A stretch of 35,898 bases of DNA from a virus, in the IMG/VR virus record IMGVR_UViG_3300009690_000003. The stretch is one strand, 5' to 3'. Numbering within the stretch: position 1 is the first letter of the stretch; each line of letters opens with the position of its first letter. Below the pieces are notes generated by a model. The model did not search any database and had not been told where the DNA came from. It saw nothing but the letters and a program-made list of their open reading frames with translations. A program made the translations under genes and the position numbers. Positions 21,183 through 28,903 of the stretch are shown one piece after another.

Positions 21183-21993
21183 GGCCGCCCCAATTAAGAA
21201 TGTGCTGGTATTTTGCCCGATGAGCCCGACGATGCCGCGTTTGTGGGGCAGGACTGTGCAATCCTTATTTAAGTTGAGATCAGAGACGATTGGGATTGAT
21301 TACTGGTTGAGGGGATGGGATAACCCCTACGAATATCCGTATGAAAATGTGACCCATAACTATAACATTGCCCGAGATTTGGTGTTGAGAATGGGATTTG
21401 ACGCCTTGTTGACGGTTGAGTGTGACATGATCATTCCGACGGACACGGTGGACAGGCTGGCAGCAACGGGGGCTGACATTGCTTATGGGTTGTATGTCTG
21501 GCGCCATGGACGAAGGGAGTGGAGCGCATATACAGATCTGAAAGGGCTGACAGGAAAAAGTATCAGCAAAGACCCTGCCGCAGCCCGAGCTGCCTGGGGC
21601 AAGGTGGTGGATGTGGCCGGTGTGGGCCAGGGATGTACTTTGATCAAAAGACATGTGCTGGAATTAATTACATTCTCTTTGTGGCCCGGAACGCCCCAGG
21701 CCGTGAGCAGTGATTGGATGCTGGCATTGGATGCGCAACGGCTGGGTTTCACCCAGCGGTGTGACCTGGGCGTGGTGTGCGGCCATCAGACCTATGAACC
21801 ATGGCCGCAAGTGATCTGGCCTGACCCGGAAAAGGATGATTTATACCGAGTGGAGGCGCTACCAGACCCAGTGAATGGGAAATTGCCTATACGAGTGGTG
21901 CGGCATGGTGAAAGCATGGAAGTAACGCTGGGTGAACTGGGCGGCCAAAAAGAAATATTAACGGTGAGGAATATGGAAGAAGGAATTAGGTAA
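21169..21993 (+). CDS. GT-A (family 2-like) glycosyltransferase-like protein
   Basis: VLVFCPM... , DALLTVECDMIIP (DxD-like) and GVGQGCTLIKRHVLE fit a GT-A pattern. The assignment is weak. Confidence 0.4.
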   Translation: MRLDKAAPIKNVLVFCPMSPTMPRLWGRTVQSLFKLRSETIGIDYWLRGWDNPYEYPYENVTHNYNIARDLVLRMGFDALLTVECDMIIPTDTVDRLAATGADIAYGLYVWRHGRREWSAYTDLKGLTGKSISKDPAAARAAWGKVVDVAGVGQGCTLIKRHVLELITFSLWPGTPQAVSSDWMLALDAQRLGFTQRCDLGVVCGHQTYEPWPQVIWPDPEKDDLYRVEALPDPVNGKLPIRVVRHGESMEVTLGELGGQKEILTVRNMEEGIR

Positions 21994-22016
21994 CAGGTAT
22001 TAGGAAGGTACAGAAA

Positions 22017-22283
22017 ATGGCAACAAAAAAGAAAGCTGAAAGTGTGGTGAGGGCAGTGACCTCATTTATGGATGCCAGAACCGGACGAGATTATCACCCG
22101 GGGGATATTGTTGTGGGCTGGGATGATGTGCGCGCAGAACATTACGCTGGAGCAGGACTGGTTGAAGTTATAGAGATGCCCTACCAGGAAGTTGAAGACA
22201 CGCCGAAGCCAAAAACGACAACCAGGAAGAAGCCAGGACCATCAACCACAAAACTAAAAGCTAGCACTGAGGAAGATAGATGA
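22017..22283 (+). CDS. Hypothetical protein with a Thr/Pro/Lys-rich tail
   Basis: 88-aa ORF with a GGAAGG RBS region. C-terminus TPKPKTTTRKKPGPSTTKLKAST. Confidence 0.5.
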   Translation: MATKKKAESVVRAVTSFMDARTGRDYHPGDIVVGWDDVRAEHYAGAGLVEVIEMPYQEVEDTPKPKTTTRKKPGPSTTKLKASTEEDR

Positions 22284-22323
22284 AGCTGTATATGAAATCT
22301 GATAATGACGGGATTAGCAGGAA

Positions 22324-22683
22324 GTGAGGTTTGAGGTGAAAACGATTGGTGCGATTTTATACAGTTGTGTGGTGGCAGCGGCAGTTATCCTGGTGACGGT
22401 GGTGATCGGGGTGTTGTTGATCAACCCGATGGATGCGCTGGCTTTTGATGATACAGGCTACCCGATTGATGCCGGGTACCCGATTGACCCGAATTGGGGG
22501 CCAGCCAGTGATGAGATCTGCGAGGAAGCGCCCTGGATGCAGCCTGAGATGTGTGATGAATACTTTGCCGAACCCGAACCGGAGATCATCGAACCGGTGC
22601 CGATGGTGCTGATGATTGAACCCGTGATCCCAGCGCCGATTGTGACCCGCCGGGTATCGAGATTTGATTTATGGATAAGGTGA
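22324..22683 (+). CDS. Membrane-anchored hypothetical protein
   Basis: GTG start after GGAAGTGAGG. N-terminal TM helix. Internal 18-nt tandem duplication (GYPIDAGYPIDP). Confidence 0.5.
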   Translation: MRFEVKTIGAILYSCVVAAAVILVTVVIGVLLINPMDALAFDDTGYPIDAGYPIDPNWGPASDEICEEAPWMQPEMCDEYFAEPEPEIIEPVPMVLMIEPVIPAPIVTRRVSRFDLWIR

Positions 22684-22686
22684 GCG

Positions 22687-23556
22687 ATGAACCTTTACAT
22701 CACACCTGCTGAAATTAAATCTGCTGCACCGGATTTGATCCGGTCGACGACAACGAAGTATGACGACCCGCTATACCGGCGCTGCGCGAGCGTGAGCCGG
22801 GCGATTGACCGCCGCTGCAAGCGTCATTTTTACCCACGGATGGAGACGCGCTATTATGCAGGTTCTGGCAACGGGGTGCTGTGGATTGACGACCTGATCT
22901 CAATAAATGCCGTGGCGGTGAGCACCGATGGCGGAAGGACTTACACCACCCTGGCCGCAGATGATTATTATGGTGCCGTTTCTGAGAACTTTAACAGCCC
23001 GTGGAGCTACAACATGATCATCCTGAACCAGGATGGCAGCAGGATGGGCTTTCCGCAGGGAATGCGGTCGGTGCGGATTGTAGGTGAATGGGGTTTTACC
23101 GATGACCGGGCTGCATGCTGGGAGCCGAGCGGGATCACCCTGGAGAGTGAACTGGAAATTTCATCGACAGCCATCGAGGTGAGCGAGGCTGATAAACAGA
23201 ATCGGTATGTGATGGGCACGGCGCTGCAGCTGGGGCGGCTGATTAAGATCGGCAGCGAGATGATGCTGGTGATCGATGTGGATGCGGCAGAAAATGCGGT
23301 TGGCGTGGTGCGTGCCATGAACGGCAGTGTTGCGGCAGCACATGACCCTGCGGATGAAATTTATTTATGGATGCCGCCATTTGACATCAGCCAGGCAGCG
23401 ATGATCAGTGCGGTGCGGGACCTGGCACGGACGCAGCAGGGTTACGTGGATACACGCGGCGGCCTGGAGGTGGGCGGGCAGATGCTGTGGGTGGGCCGCT
23501 GGGATCCGGAGGCGGAGGATAAGATCAGCCGGTACATAAAGACAGGTGTGGGATAA
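22687..23556 (+). CDS. Putative head-tail connector/adaptor protein
   Basis: The N-terminus MNLYITPAEIKSAAPDL...YDDPLYRRCASVSRAIDRRCKRHF resembles gp6-type adaptors. Assigned also by position. Confidence 0.45.
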   Translation: MNLYITPAEIKSAAPDLIRSTTTKYDDPLYRRCASVSRAIDRRCKRHFYPRMETRYYAGSGNGVLWIDDLISINAVAVSTDGGRTYTTLAADDYYGAVSENFNSPWSYNMIILNQDGSRMGFPQGMRSVRIVGEWGFTDDRAACWEPSGITLESELEISSTAIEVSEADKQNRYVMGTALQLGRLIKIGSEMMLVIDVDAAENAVGVVRAMNGSVAAAHDPADEIYLWMPPFDISQAAMISAVRDLARTQQGYVDTRGGLEVGGQMLWVGRWDPEAEDKISRYIKTGVG

Positions 23557-23587
23557 CCCCACCCTACCCTCCCCCTAAAGGGGGAGG
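23557..23587. repeat. C-rich hairpin repeat, copy 4
   Basis: CCCCACCCTACCCTCCCCC TAAA GGGGGAGG, starting directly after the TAA stop. Confidence 0.8.
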
Positions 23588-23597
23588 CGGAGGAAGT

Positions 23598-24092
23598 ATG
23601 GACGTTTCGATCGAGATTAAGGGCTTGCAGGAACTGATGGACCGCTTCGGGCAGTTTGACGAGATCGCGGTGGATGAGTTCCGGGCGGCGATGGGCATTT
23701 CGGTGGAGACAGTGGCCAAGCTGGCTCGGGAGAAGGCGCCGGTGAACCTGGGCAGGCTGCGGGCGAGCATCACGGGCAAGGTGCAGGGCGGCGGGGTGGT
23801 GACCCAGGTGGAAGGCGTGGTGGGCGCGTATGTGCCCTATGCCCGGGTGATGGAAGAGGGTGCGGACCCCCACTGGCCGAATATGGCCAACCTGCATTTC
23901 TGGGTGGTGCGCAAGCTGGGGTTGAAGGGGGTGGAGGCCGAGCGGGCTACGTTTTTGATTGCAAGGGCGATCTCACGGCGCGGGTTGAAGGGACATCATT
24001 ACATGCGGGATGGGCTGAGTGAGGCGGAGCCGAAGATCAAGGCTGAGTTTGAGCGGGCGGTTGAGAGGATTGTGGAGAAGCTGACGGAGTAA
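23598..24092 (+). CDS. HK97 gp10-like head-tail joining protein
   Basis: MDVSIEIKGLQELMDRF...AKLAREKAPVNLGRLRASI matches the gp10-family pattern. Confidence 0.7.
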   Translation: MDVSIEIKGLQELMDRFGQFDEIAVDEFRAAMGISVETVAKLAREKAPVNLGRLRASITGKVQGGGVVTQVEGVVGAYVPYARVMEEGADPHWPNMANLHFWVVRKLGLKGVEAERATFLIARAISRRGLKGHHYMRDGLSEAEPKIKAEFERAVERIVEKLTE

Positions 24093-24094
24093 GA

Positions 24095-24129
24095 CCCCCC
24101 TCCCGACCTCCCCCCTAAAGAGGGGGAGG
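24095..24129. repeat. C-rich hairpin repeat, copy 5
   Basis: CCCCCCTCCCGACCTCCCCCC TAAAGA GGGGGAGG, starting 2 nt after the TAA stop. Confidence 0.8.
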
Positions 24130-24145
24130 AGAAAAAAGAGGCATT

Positions 24146-24583
24146 ATGACGATTGAAAACTGGAAGGATGAATTGACCGGGGTGCTGAGTGAGATCAGCG
24201 GAATCACGGAGGTGCGGGCTTATGATGACCTGCCCGGGCAGATCGTGGCCAGCCCGACGCTGATCTGGTTCCCGGTAAGCGGATCGCAGTCCTACGGCAT
24301 GGGCAGCCCGGCGGTGGCTTTTCACCGGGTGCAGTTGAGCCTGTTCGTCAGCGTGGCGCTGCTGCCGGAGGGGGTTGGCCAGGCGGTGCCGCTGATCGCT
24401 GCGGTGCGGAACAAGCTGGCCCAGCACATCACGCTGGGCAGGACGGTGGCGCAGATGATCCCTGATCCGAACGGGAACTTCTATGAAGGCCCGGCAACGA
24501 TGATGTACGGCGATCGGACGTACACGGGTGTGAATTTTTATTTGGAGGTGAAGGAAGTGGAAAGAATAGCCGTTAGTGCATAG
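24146..24583 (+). CDS. Putative tail terminator / tail completion protein
   Basis: Assigned by position between the gp10-like gene and the tail tube gene. 145 aa. Confidence 0.4.
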   Translation: MTIENWKDELTGVLSEISGITEVRAYDDLPGQIVASPTLIWFPVSGSQSYGMGSPAVAFHRVQLSLFVSVALLPEGVGQAVPLIAAVRNKLAQHITLGRTVAQMIPDPNGNFYEGPATMMYGDRTYTGVNFYLEVKEVERIAVSA

Positions 24584-24592
24584 AGCATGGTT

Positions 24593-24652
24593 GGGCCAGC
24601 GCCTCATGGCGCTTGGCACTGCGCTGGTGCGGGTTGAGCCCGCCCAGCTTGA
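24593..24652. repeat. 60-nt repeat, copy 2
   Basis: GGGCCAGCGCCTCATGGCGCTTGGCACTGCGCTGGTGCGGGTTGAGCCCGCCCAGCTTGA. Intergenic. Confidence 0.85.
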
Positions 24653-24666
24653 AATTTGGTGAAACT

Positions 24667-24984
24667 ATGACAGATAAATTTAACAGGAAGGCTGTGGTGA
24701 TGCTGAAATATTTAGGAAATGGGTTTTTGAAGAAGGTTCCGGCCAGGGATTTGACCAAAGACGAGGTTGAGGGGCTGGGGTTGGATCCGGATGTGCTGGT
24801 GGGGAGCGGGCTGTATGCATTAGCTGAAAGCTCATCCCACTCGCTTCGCTCGGGGACGATGAAGCTGAAAGCTGATAGCGATAAGATTGACCTCGCTCGC
24901 CTTAAAGTAGAGGTGGAAACCGATTTAGGAGAATTGGAGGTTTTATTGGAGGATGATCAGGTTGAACCTTCGCAGGATGAATGA
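24667..24984 (+). CDS. Hypothetical structural-module protein carrying repeat-derived inserts
   Basis: The ATG at 24667 lies after the repeat. The middle of the protein (LAESSSHSLRSGTMKLKADSDK) is encoded by heptamer and GCTTCGCTCG repeat modules. Confidence 0.5.
   Translation: MTDKFNRKAVVMLKYLGNGFLKKVPARDLTKDEVEGLGLDPDVLVGSGLYALAESSSHSLRSGTMKLKADSDKIDLARLKVEVETDLGELEVLLEDDQVEPSQDE
24823..24884. repeat. Two GCTGAWA heptamer arrays flanking a CTCGCTTCGCTCGGGG module, in frame
   Basis: GCTGAAA GCTCATC ... GCTGAAA GCTGATA GCGATAA. Confidence 0.8.
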
Positions 24985-25018
24985 GATTGCTTCGACCCCT
25001 ACGTGGTCTCGCAATGAC
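24983..25018. repeat. GAGATTGCTTCG...CTCGCAATGAC repeat, variant with a different centre
   Basis: GAGATTGCTTCGACCCCTACGTGGTCTCGCAATGAC overlaps the stop of 24667-24984. Confidence 0.75.
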
Positions 25019-25049
25019 TAAACAATTGATTGATTAAGGAGATTTTACA

Positions 25050-26072
25050 ATGAGTGATTATGGTATCAAAACATTTCGACAGCTCCAGATGAACCGGGAA
25101 TCGGCGATCGGTACGCCGGGGGCCAGCTGGTTCAACTGGCGCGGGCTGGGCCTGCTGGACGATCAGCGGGTTTCGGTGTTCCCGGAGGAGGATATTGGCA
25201 TTTTTGGCGGCACCGACCGGCAGTATTTCCCGCAATTGCGCGGTGAGCTGAACATGCCCAGCCAACCGGCCACCTTTGAGCAGCTGGGCCACATTCTGGA
25301 TGCAGGCATTGCCCGGGCAACCCCCGCGGATGACGGGGCAGGGAGCGGCAAGATCCGCACCTACACCATGCCGATTGCGGCGGATGATGCGGTGGATGCC
25401 GATGACCTGCAGACCTACCACATCAAGAACGGCGACAATGCGGCGGTGGATAAGACCGGCGGGGCGTTCGTGAAGAGCTTTGCGCTGGAAGGCGCCCGCA
25501 ACGAAGCCTGGATGCTGACCGTAAACTGGGAAACCCAGGAAGTGGCCAAAGATGGGGACGGGTTTGTGGTTGCCACCGTGCCGGATGTGGAAGAGATGAT
25601 GTTCAACCTTTCAAAGATCTACATCGATGATGAGGACGGGGCCTTTGGCGCCAACCAGGCGGAAGTGGTGCTGACCAATGCCACACTGAACGTGGAAACC
25701 GGCTGGCAGGCCCTGTTCACCGCGGATGGGTCGCTGGCCTACAGCAACATCAAGCAGCGCAAGCCGGAGATCATGCTGAATCTGACGCTGGAGATGACGG
25801 CCTCCGTGGCCGCTGCCGAGCGCGAGAACTGGCGCGCCAGCGTTCCCCGGCTGATCCGCCTGGTGTGTGAGGGCAGCGAGCTGACCACCGAGGGCACCAA
25901 TTATGCCAACAAGACTCTGATCGTTGACGCAGCCGCGAAGTGGGATAAGTTTGACCCCCTGGGCGACGATGACGGCGATGACATCATCACGGGCACCCTG
26001 CGCTGCCGCTACAACGCCGAGAGCGCCAGCTTCTTTGAGATGGTGCTGGTGAACGAGGTGGCAGCCTTATGA
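25050..26072 (+). CDS. Putative major tail (tube) protein
   Basis: Lies immediately upstream of the frameshifted chaperone pair. AAGGAG RBS. 340 aa. Confidence 0.55.
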   Translation: MSDYGIKTFRQLQMNRESAIGTPGASWFNWRGLGLLDDQRVSVFPEEDIGIFGGTDRQYFPQLRGELNMPSQPATFEQLGHILDAGIARATPADDGAGSGKIRTYTMPIAADDAVDADDLQTYHIKNGDNAAVDKTGGAFVKSFALEGARNEAWMLTVNWETQEVAKDGDGFVVATVPDVEEMMFNLSKIYIDDEDGAFGANQAEVVLTNATLNVETGWQALFTADGSLAYSNIKQRKPEIMLNLTLEMTASVAAAERENWRASVPRLIRLVCEGSELTTEGTNYANKTLIVDAAAKWDKFDPLGDDDGDDIITGTLRCRYNAESASFFEMVLVNEVAAL

Positions 26073-26371
26073 AACAGGAAATCAAAGAGCTGGGCGTGAG
26101 CTATAGCCTGCCCGAAAAGGTGACAGTGCAGCAGAGCCTGCAGTATTGGGGCGTGTTTTCTACCGCCATCCACAACAGCCAGATGATGTTTTTGGAGCTG
26201 TGGGCTGTGATCGTGAAGCTGGGGTTGATCAGCGATTGGGACTGTGCGTTTTTTGCCCTGGACACGCCGCTGGAGCAGGTGGACGACCCCCGGGTGGCCG
26301 TGCTGGTGATGGAAGTGTGCAACAGCGTTTACCGGCACATGGAAGGGCTGAAGGTACTGGAAAAAAACTAA
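26069..26371 (+). CDS. Tail assembly chaperone (gpG-like)
   Basis: 100-aa ORF between the tube and tape measure genes. It ends with the slippery A_AAA_AAC immediately before its TAA. Confidence 0.75.
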   Translation: MKQEIKELGVSYSLPEKVTVQQSLQYWGVFSTAIHNSQMMFLELWAVIVKLGLISDWDCAFFALDTPLEQVDDPRVAVLVMEVCNSVYRHMEGLKVLEKN

Positions 26372-26640
26372 TCCAGCAGGCGGCGGATGCGGCCGCCGGG
26401 AAAAGTCCGCCGCCGTTTGAGCTGGAAGTGTTGTGGATGTGCAGGCAGTTTGGCTGCCTGCCCGAGGGCGGCGGATACCTGGACCAGGATGCGAGGCTGA
26501 TGGGACGGGCCGTGATGTGCGAGGAAGTGTACCAGCTGGTGAAGAAGTGGCGCGGGATGGCCGTGAAGGATCTTACCCAGCTGAATGAAGCCGAAAAGCA
26601 GCTGTTCAAGTGGCTGCGTAAAGCGAAGGTGACGATCTGA
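26069..26640 (+). CDS. Tail assembly chaperone frameshift product (gpGT-like; -1 shift at 26362-26368)
   Basis: The -1 frame is open from the slippery site to 26640 (KKLIQQAADAAAGKSPPPFELEV...). This is the canonical G/GT arrangement. Confidence 0.65.
26362..26368 (+). promoter_or_regulatory. Programmed -1 ribosomal frameshift slippery heptamer A_AAA_AAC
   Basis: The zero-frame codons are GAA AAA AAC TAA, matching the X_XXY_YYZ pattern. Confidence 0.65.
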
Positions 26641-26643
26641 TGA

Positions 26644-26712
26644 GAGATTGCTTCGCTTCGCTCGCAATGACAAAGGTGCTCGCAATACCCTTACGGGCAC
26701 AGGTGACAAAAT
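26644..26712. repeat. Repeat cluster in the chaperone-tape measure spacer
   Basis: GAGATTGCTTCGCTTCGCTCGCAATGACA (identical to 14969-14997), then a partial GTGCTCGCAATA, then ACCCTTACGGGCACAGGTGAC (as in 14936-14957). Confidence 0.85.
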
Positions 26713-26740
26713 AGGCATAAGTGACAAGAAGGAATGACTA

Positions 26741-28903
26741 ATGGGTCAATCAATCGTAGAGATCATCATCAAGGCGAGCAACCAGGCTTCGGGCGAGTTT
26801 AAGAAGGCCTTTGGCGATTTGGGCAACCTGGGCAAGGTGGCGGAGGAAACCGGCAAGGGGATGCGCAAGGCTGGGCTGGCGATCACCGCTGGCGTGACCA
26901 CGCCCCTGGTGGGCTTTATCACCACATCGGCCATGGCTGCCGCCCGGGTGGACGGGCTGAAGCTGGCGAATGACCAGCTGGCAAAGGGTGCGGGCTATAC
27001 ATCACAGTTTGTCCAGGAACAGGCGGCGGCGGTTAAGGGCATGGGGATTGAATCAGCAGCCGCCCAGCAAATCATCAGCAAGTTCATCACCGCCCAGCTG
27101 GATTTGGGGGATGCGGCCACGCTGGCCCGGATCGCACAGGACCAGGCGGTGATCAGCGGGGAAAACAGCACCGAGACGATGACACGGCTGACGGATGCCC
27201 TGATCACGGGCAACAGCCAGATGTTCCGCAGCATGAACATGACGCTGGATCTGAGCGGCGCCTACGAGGCGATGGCAGTCGGGCTGGGGAAAAATGTGGA
27301 CGAGCTGAGCGAGACCGAACGGGTCCAGGCCCGGGTGAATGCGGTGATGGAATACGGCACGACCATCGCCGGGACCTACGAAGCGGCCATGGGCGACAGC
27401 TTCAAGCAAATGGGCAGCTTCAAGCGGATGATCAACGATATTGCCGTGGATGCCGGGCAGTACTTCACGCCCGCATTGAACACGGCCGTGTTCGGGTTCA
27501 AGGACCTGCTGGGCACGGTGAGCGAGATGGTGAGCGAGGGCGGCGCACTGGAGCCGGTGCTGGCAGGCTGGGGGGATAAGCTGAACGATGCGGCCGGGTT
27601 CATCGGCAAGTTTGATGACAAATTGAAGGGGATGAAACCCACCACAGCCGGGTTTATCGGTGATATGACCGCAGCGACAGCCGTGATGGGCCCCCTATTG
27701 CTGGTGGGCGGGCAGGCGGTGATCTGGGCCACAACGCTGGCGAAGGCTTTGGGCACGTCCGCTGGAGCACTGGGGATTTATGCCGCCGGGATCTACGCGG
27801 TGACGGCGGCCATGGTCCACCAGGCGAATGAACGAAAACGGCTGATTGCCGATCATCAGGAAATGGCGCAATCGGCGCTGGAGGCTTCAGATTCATACGA
27901 AGACTACCGTGCATCGATGGCGGGGGTTGAAAACCAGATCGATAACCTGGCGGGTGTGACGGGCGGGTATGGCGTGCACCTGGCAGATACGCTGGGTAAA
28001 ACCGTGATCCTGACCAGAGAACAGTGGGAGCAGCAAAAGGCACAAAAGGACCTGGGATCTGCCTACGCGTACAGTGCGGCAGTGATGAAGAGCTATTACG
28101 ATCAGACCGAAACGGGCATTGAGATCACTGATGAGGCCACGGACGCGATCGACGAGCACGAGCGCGCTTTAAACCGGGCGGCGGTGCGGGCCAAGGAATA
28201 TGGCGGGGCCAGCGACATCGCCCGGGAGGCGCTGGAAAAACTGGGTGTGGAAGCTGAAGAACAAGCCCGCCTGATGGACGAGCTGAACGGTTCCACAGAG
28301 AAGCTGACCGCAACAGATTTGCTGTTGGTTGACCTGAACACGAGTTTGACCAAGCTGTGGGCGGAAAATGCGCTCAGCACGGAATCGTACAATGCCGCAT
28401 TGGAATTTGCACACCAACTGGCTGAGGATTACCCTGAAAAGCTTTCGCCAGTCATAGAAATGTTTGGCGAATGGGGCGGTAAGGTGCAGAACATCGGCGA
28501 CCTGCTGCACGGGCTGCCGAGCCAAATTAAAATTGACATCATCCAGACCTGGTATGAGGCGCAGGGCGGGACGTGGGGGGGGGCGGGCAATATCGGTGCA
28601 GGGATTGGTGGCCAAGGGCAAGGACATGTAAACACATTTGCCACGGCGACGGGCGGACCGGTGTACCCGGGGCAGGTCTATCGCTGGCGGGAGTTTGGCG
28701 ATGAGTTTTTCATCCCCAACCAGCCGGGCTATGTGATGCCGCACCGGGAGGTGGAGCGGGCGCGCAGCGGGGGTGGTAAGGGGTTAGGTGAGCTGCATGT
28801 GCACATCCACAGTGCGATCAACCTGGCGGACCGGGCCTGGGCTGAACGTGAGCTGATCCCGCTGTTTCGGGATGTGCTGCGCAGGGAGATGATTGGCGCA
28901 TGA
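26741..28903 (+). CDS. Tail tape measure protein
   Basis: 720-aa Ala/Gly-rich helical protein directly after the chaperones. The central hydrophobic GxxxG-rich segment is typical of tape measure proteins. Confidence 0.8.
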   Translation: MGQSIVEIIIKASNQASGEFKKAFGDLGNLGKVAEETGKGMRKAGLAITAGVTTPLVGFITTSAMAAARVDGLKLANDQLAKGAGYTSQFVQEQAAAVKGMGIESAAAQQIISKFITAQLDLGDAATLARIAQDQAVISGENSTETMTRLTDALITGNSQMFRSMNMTLDLSGAYEAMAVGLGKNVDELSETERVQARVNAVMEYGTTIAGTYEAAMGDSFKQMGSFKRMINDIAVDAGQYFTPALNTAVFGFKDLLGTVSEMVSEGGALEPVLAGWGDKLNDAAGFIGKFDDKLKGMKPTTAGFIGDMTAATAVMGPLLLVGGQAVIWATTLAKALGTSAGALGIYAAGIYAVTAAMVHQANERKRLIADHQEMAQSALEASDSYEDYRASMAGVENQIDNLAGVTGGYGVHLADTLGKTVILTREQWEQQKAQKDLGSAYAYSAAVMKSYYDQTETGIEITDEATDAIDEHERALNRAAVRAKEYGGASDIAREALEKLGVEAEEQARLMDELNGSTEKLTATDLLLVDLNTSLTKLWAENALSTESYNAALEFAHQLAEDYPEKLSPVIEMFGEWGGKVQNIGDLLHGLPSQIKIDIIQTWYEAQGGTWGGAGNIGAGIGGQGQGHVNTFATATGGPVYPGQVYRWREFGDEFFIPNQPGYVMPHREVERARSGGGKGLGELHVHIHSAINLADRAWAERELIPLFRDVLRREMIGA

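Noticed and set aside
26146-26361. The 5' part of the track ORF 26146-26640 as an independent gene overlapping the chaperone.
   Set aside because: It has Gly/Arg/Ala-rich shadow-frame composition. Only the part downstream of the slippery heptamer is meaningful, as the -1 frameshift extension.
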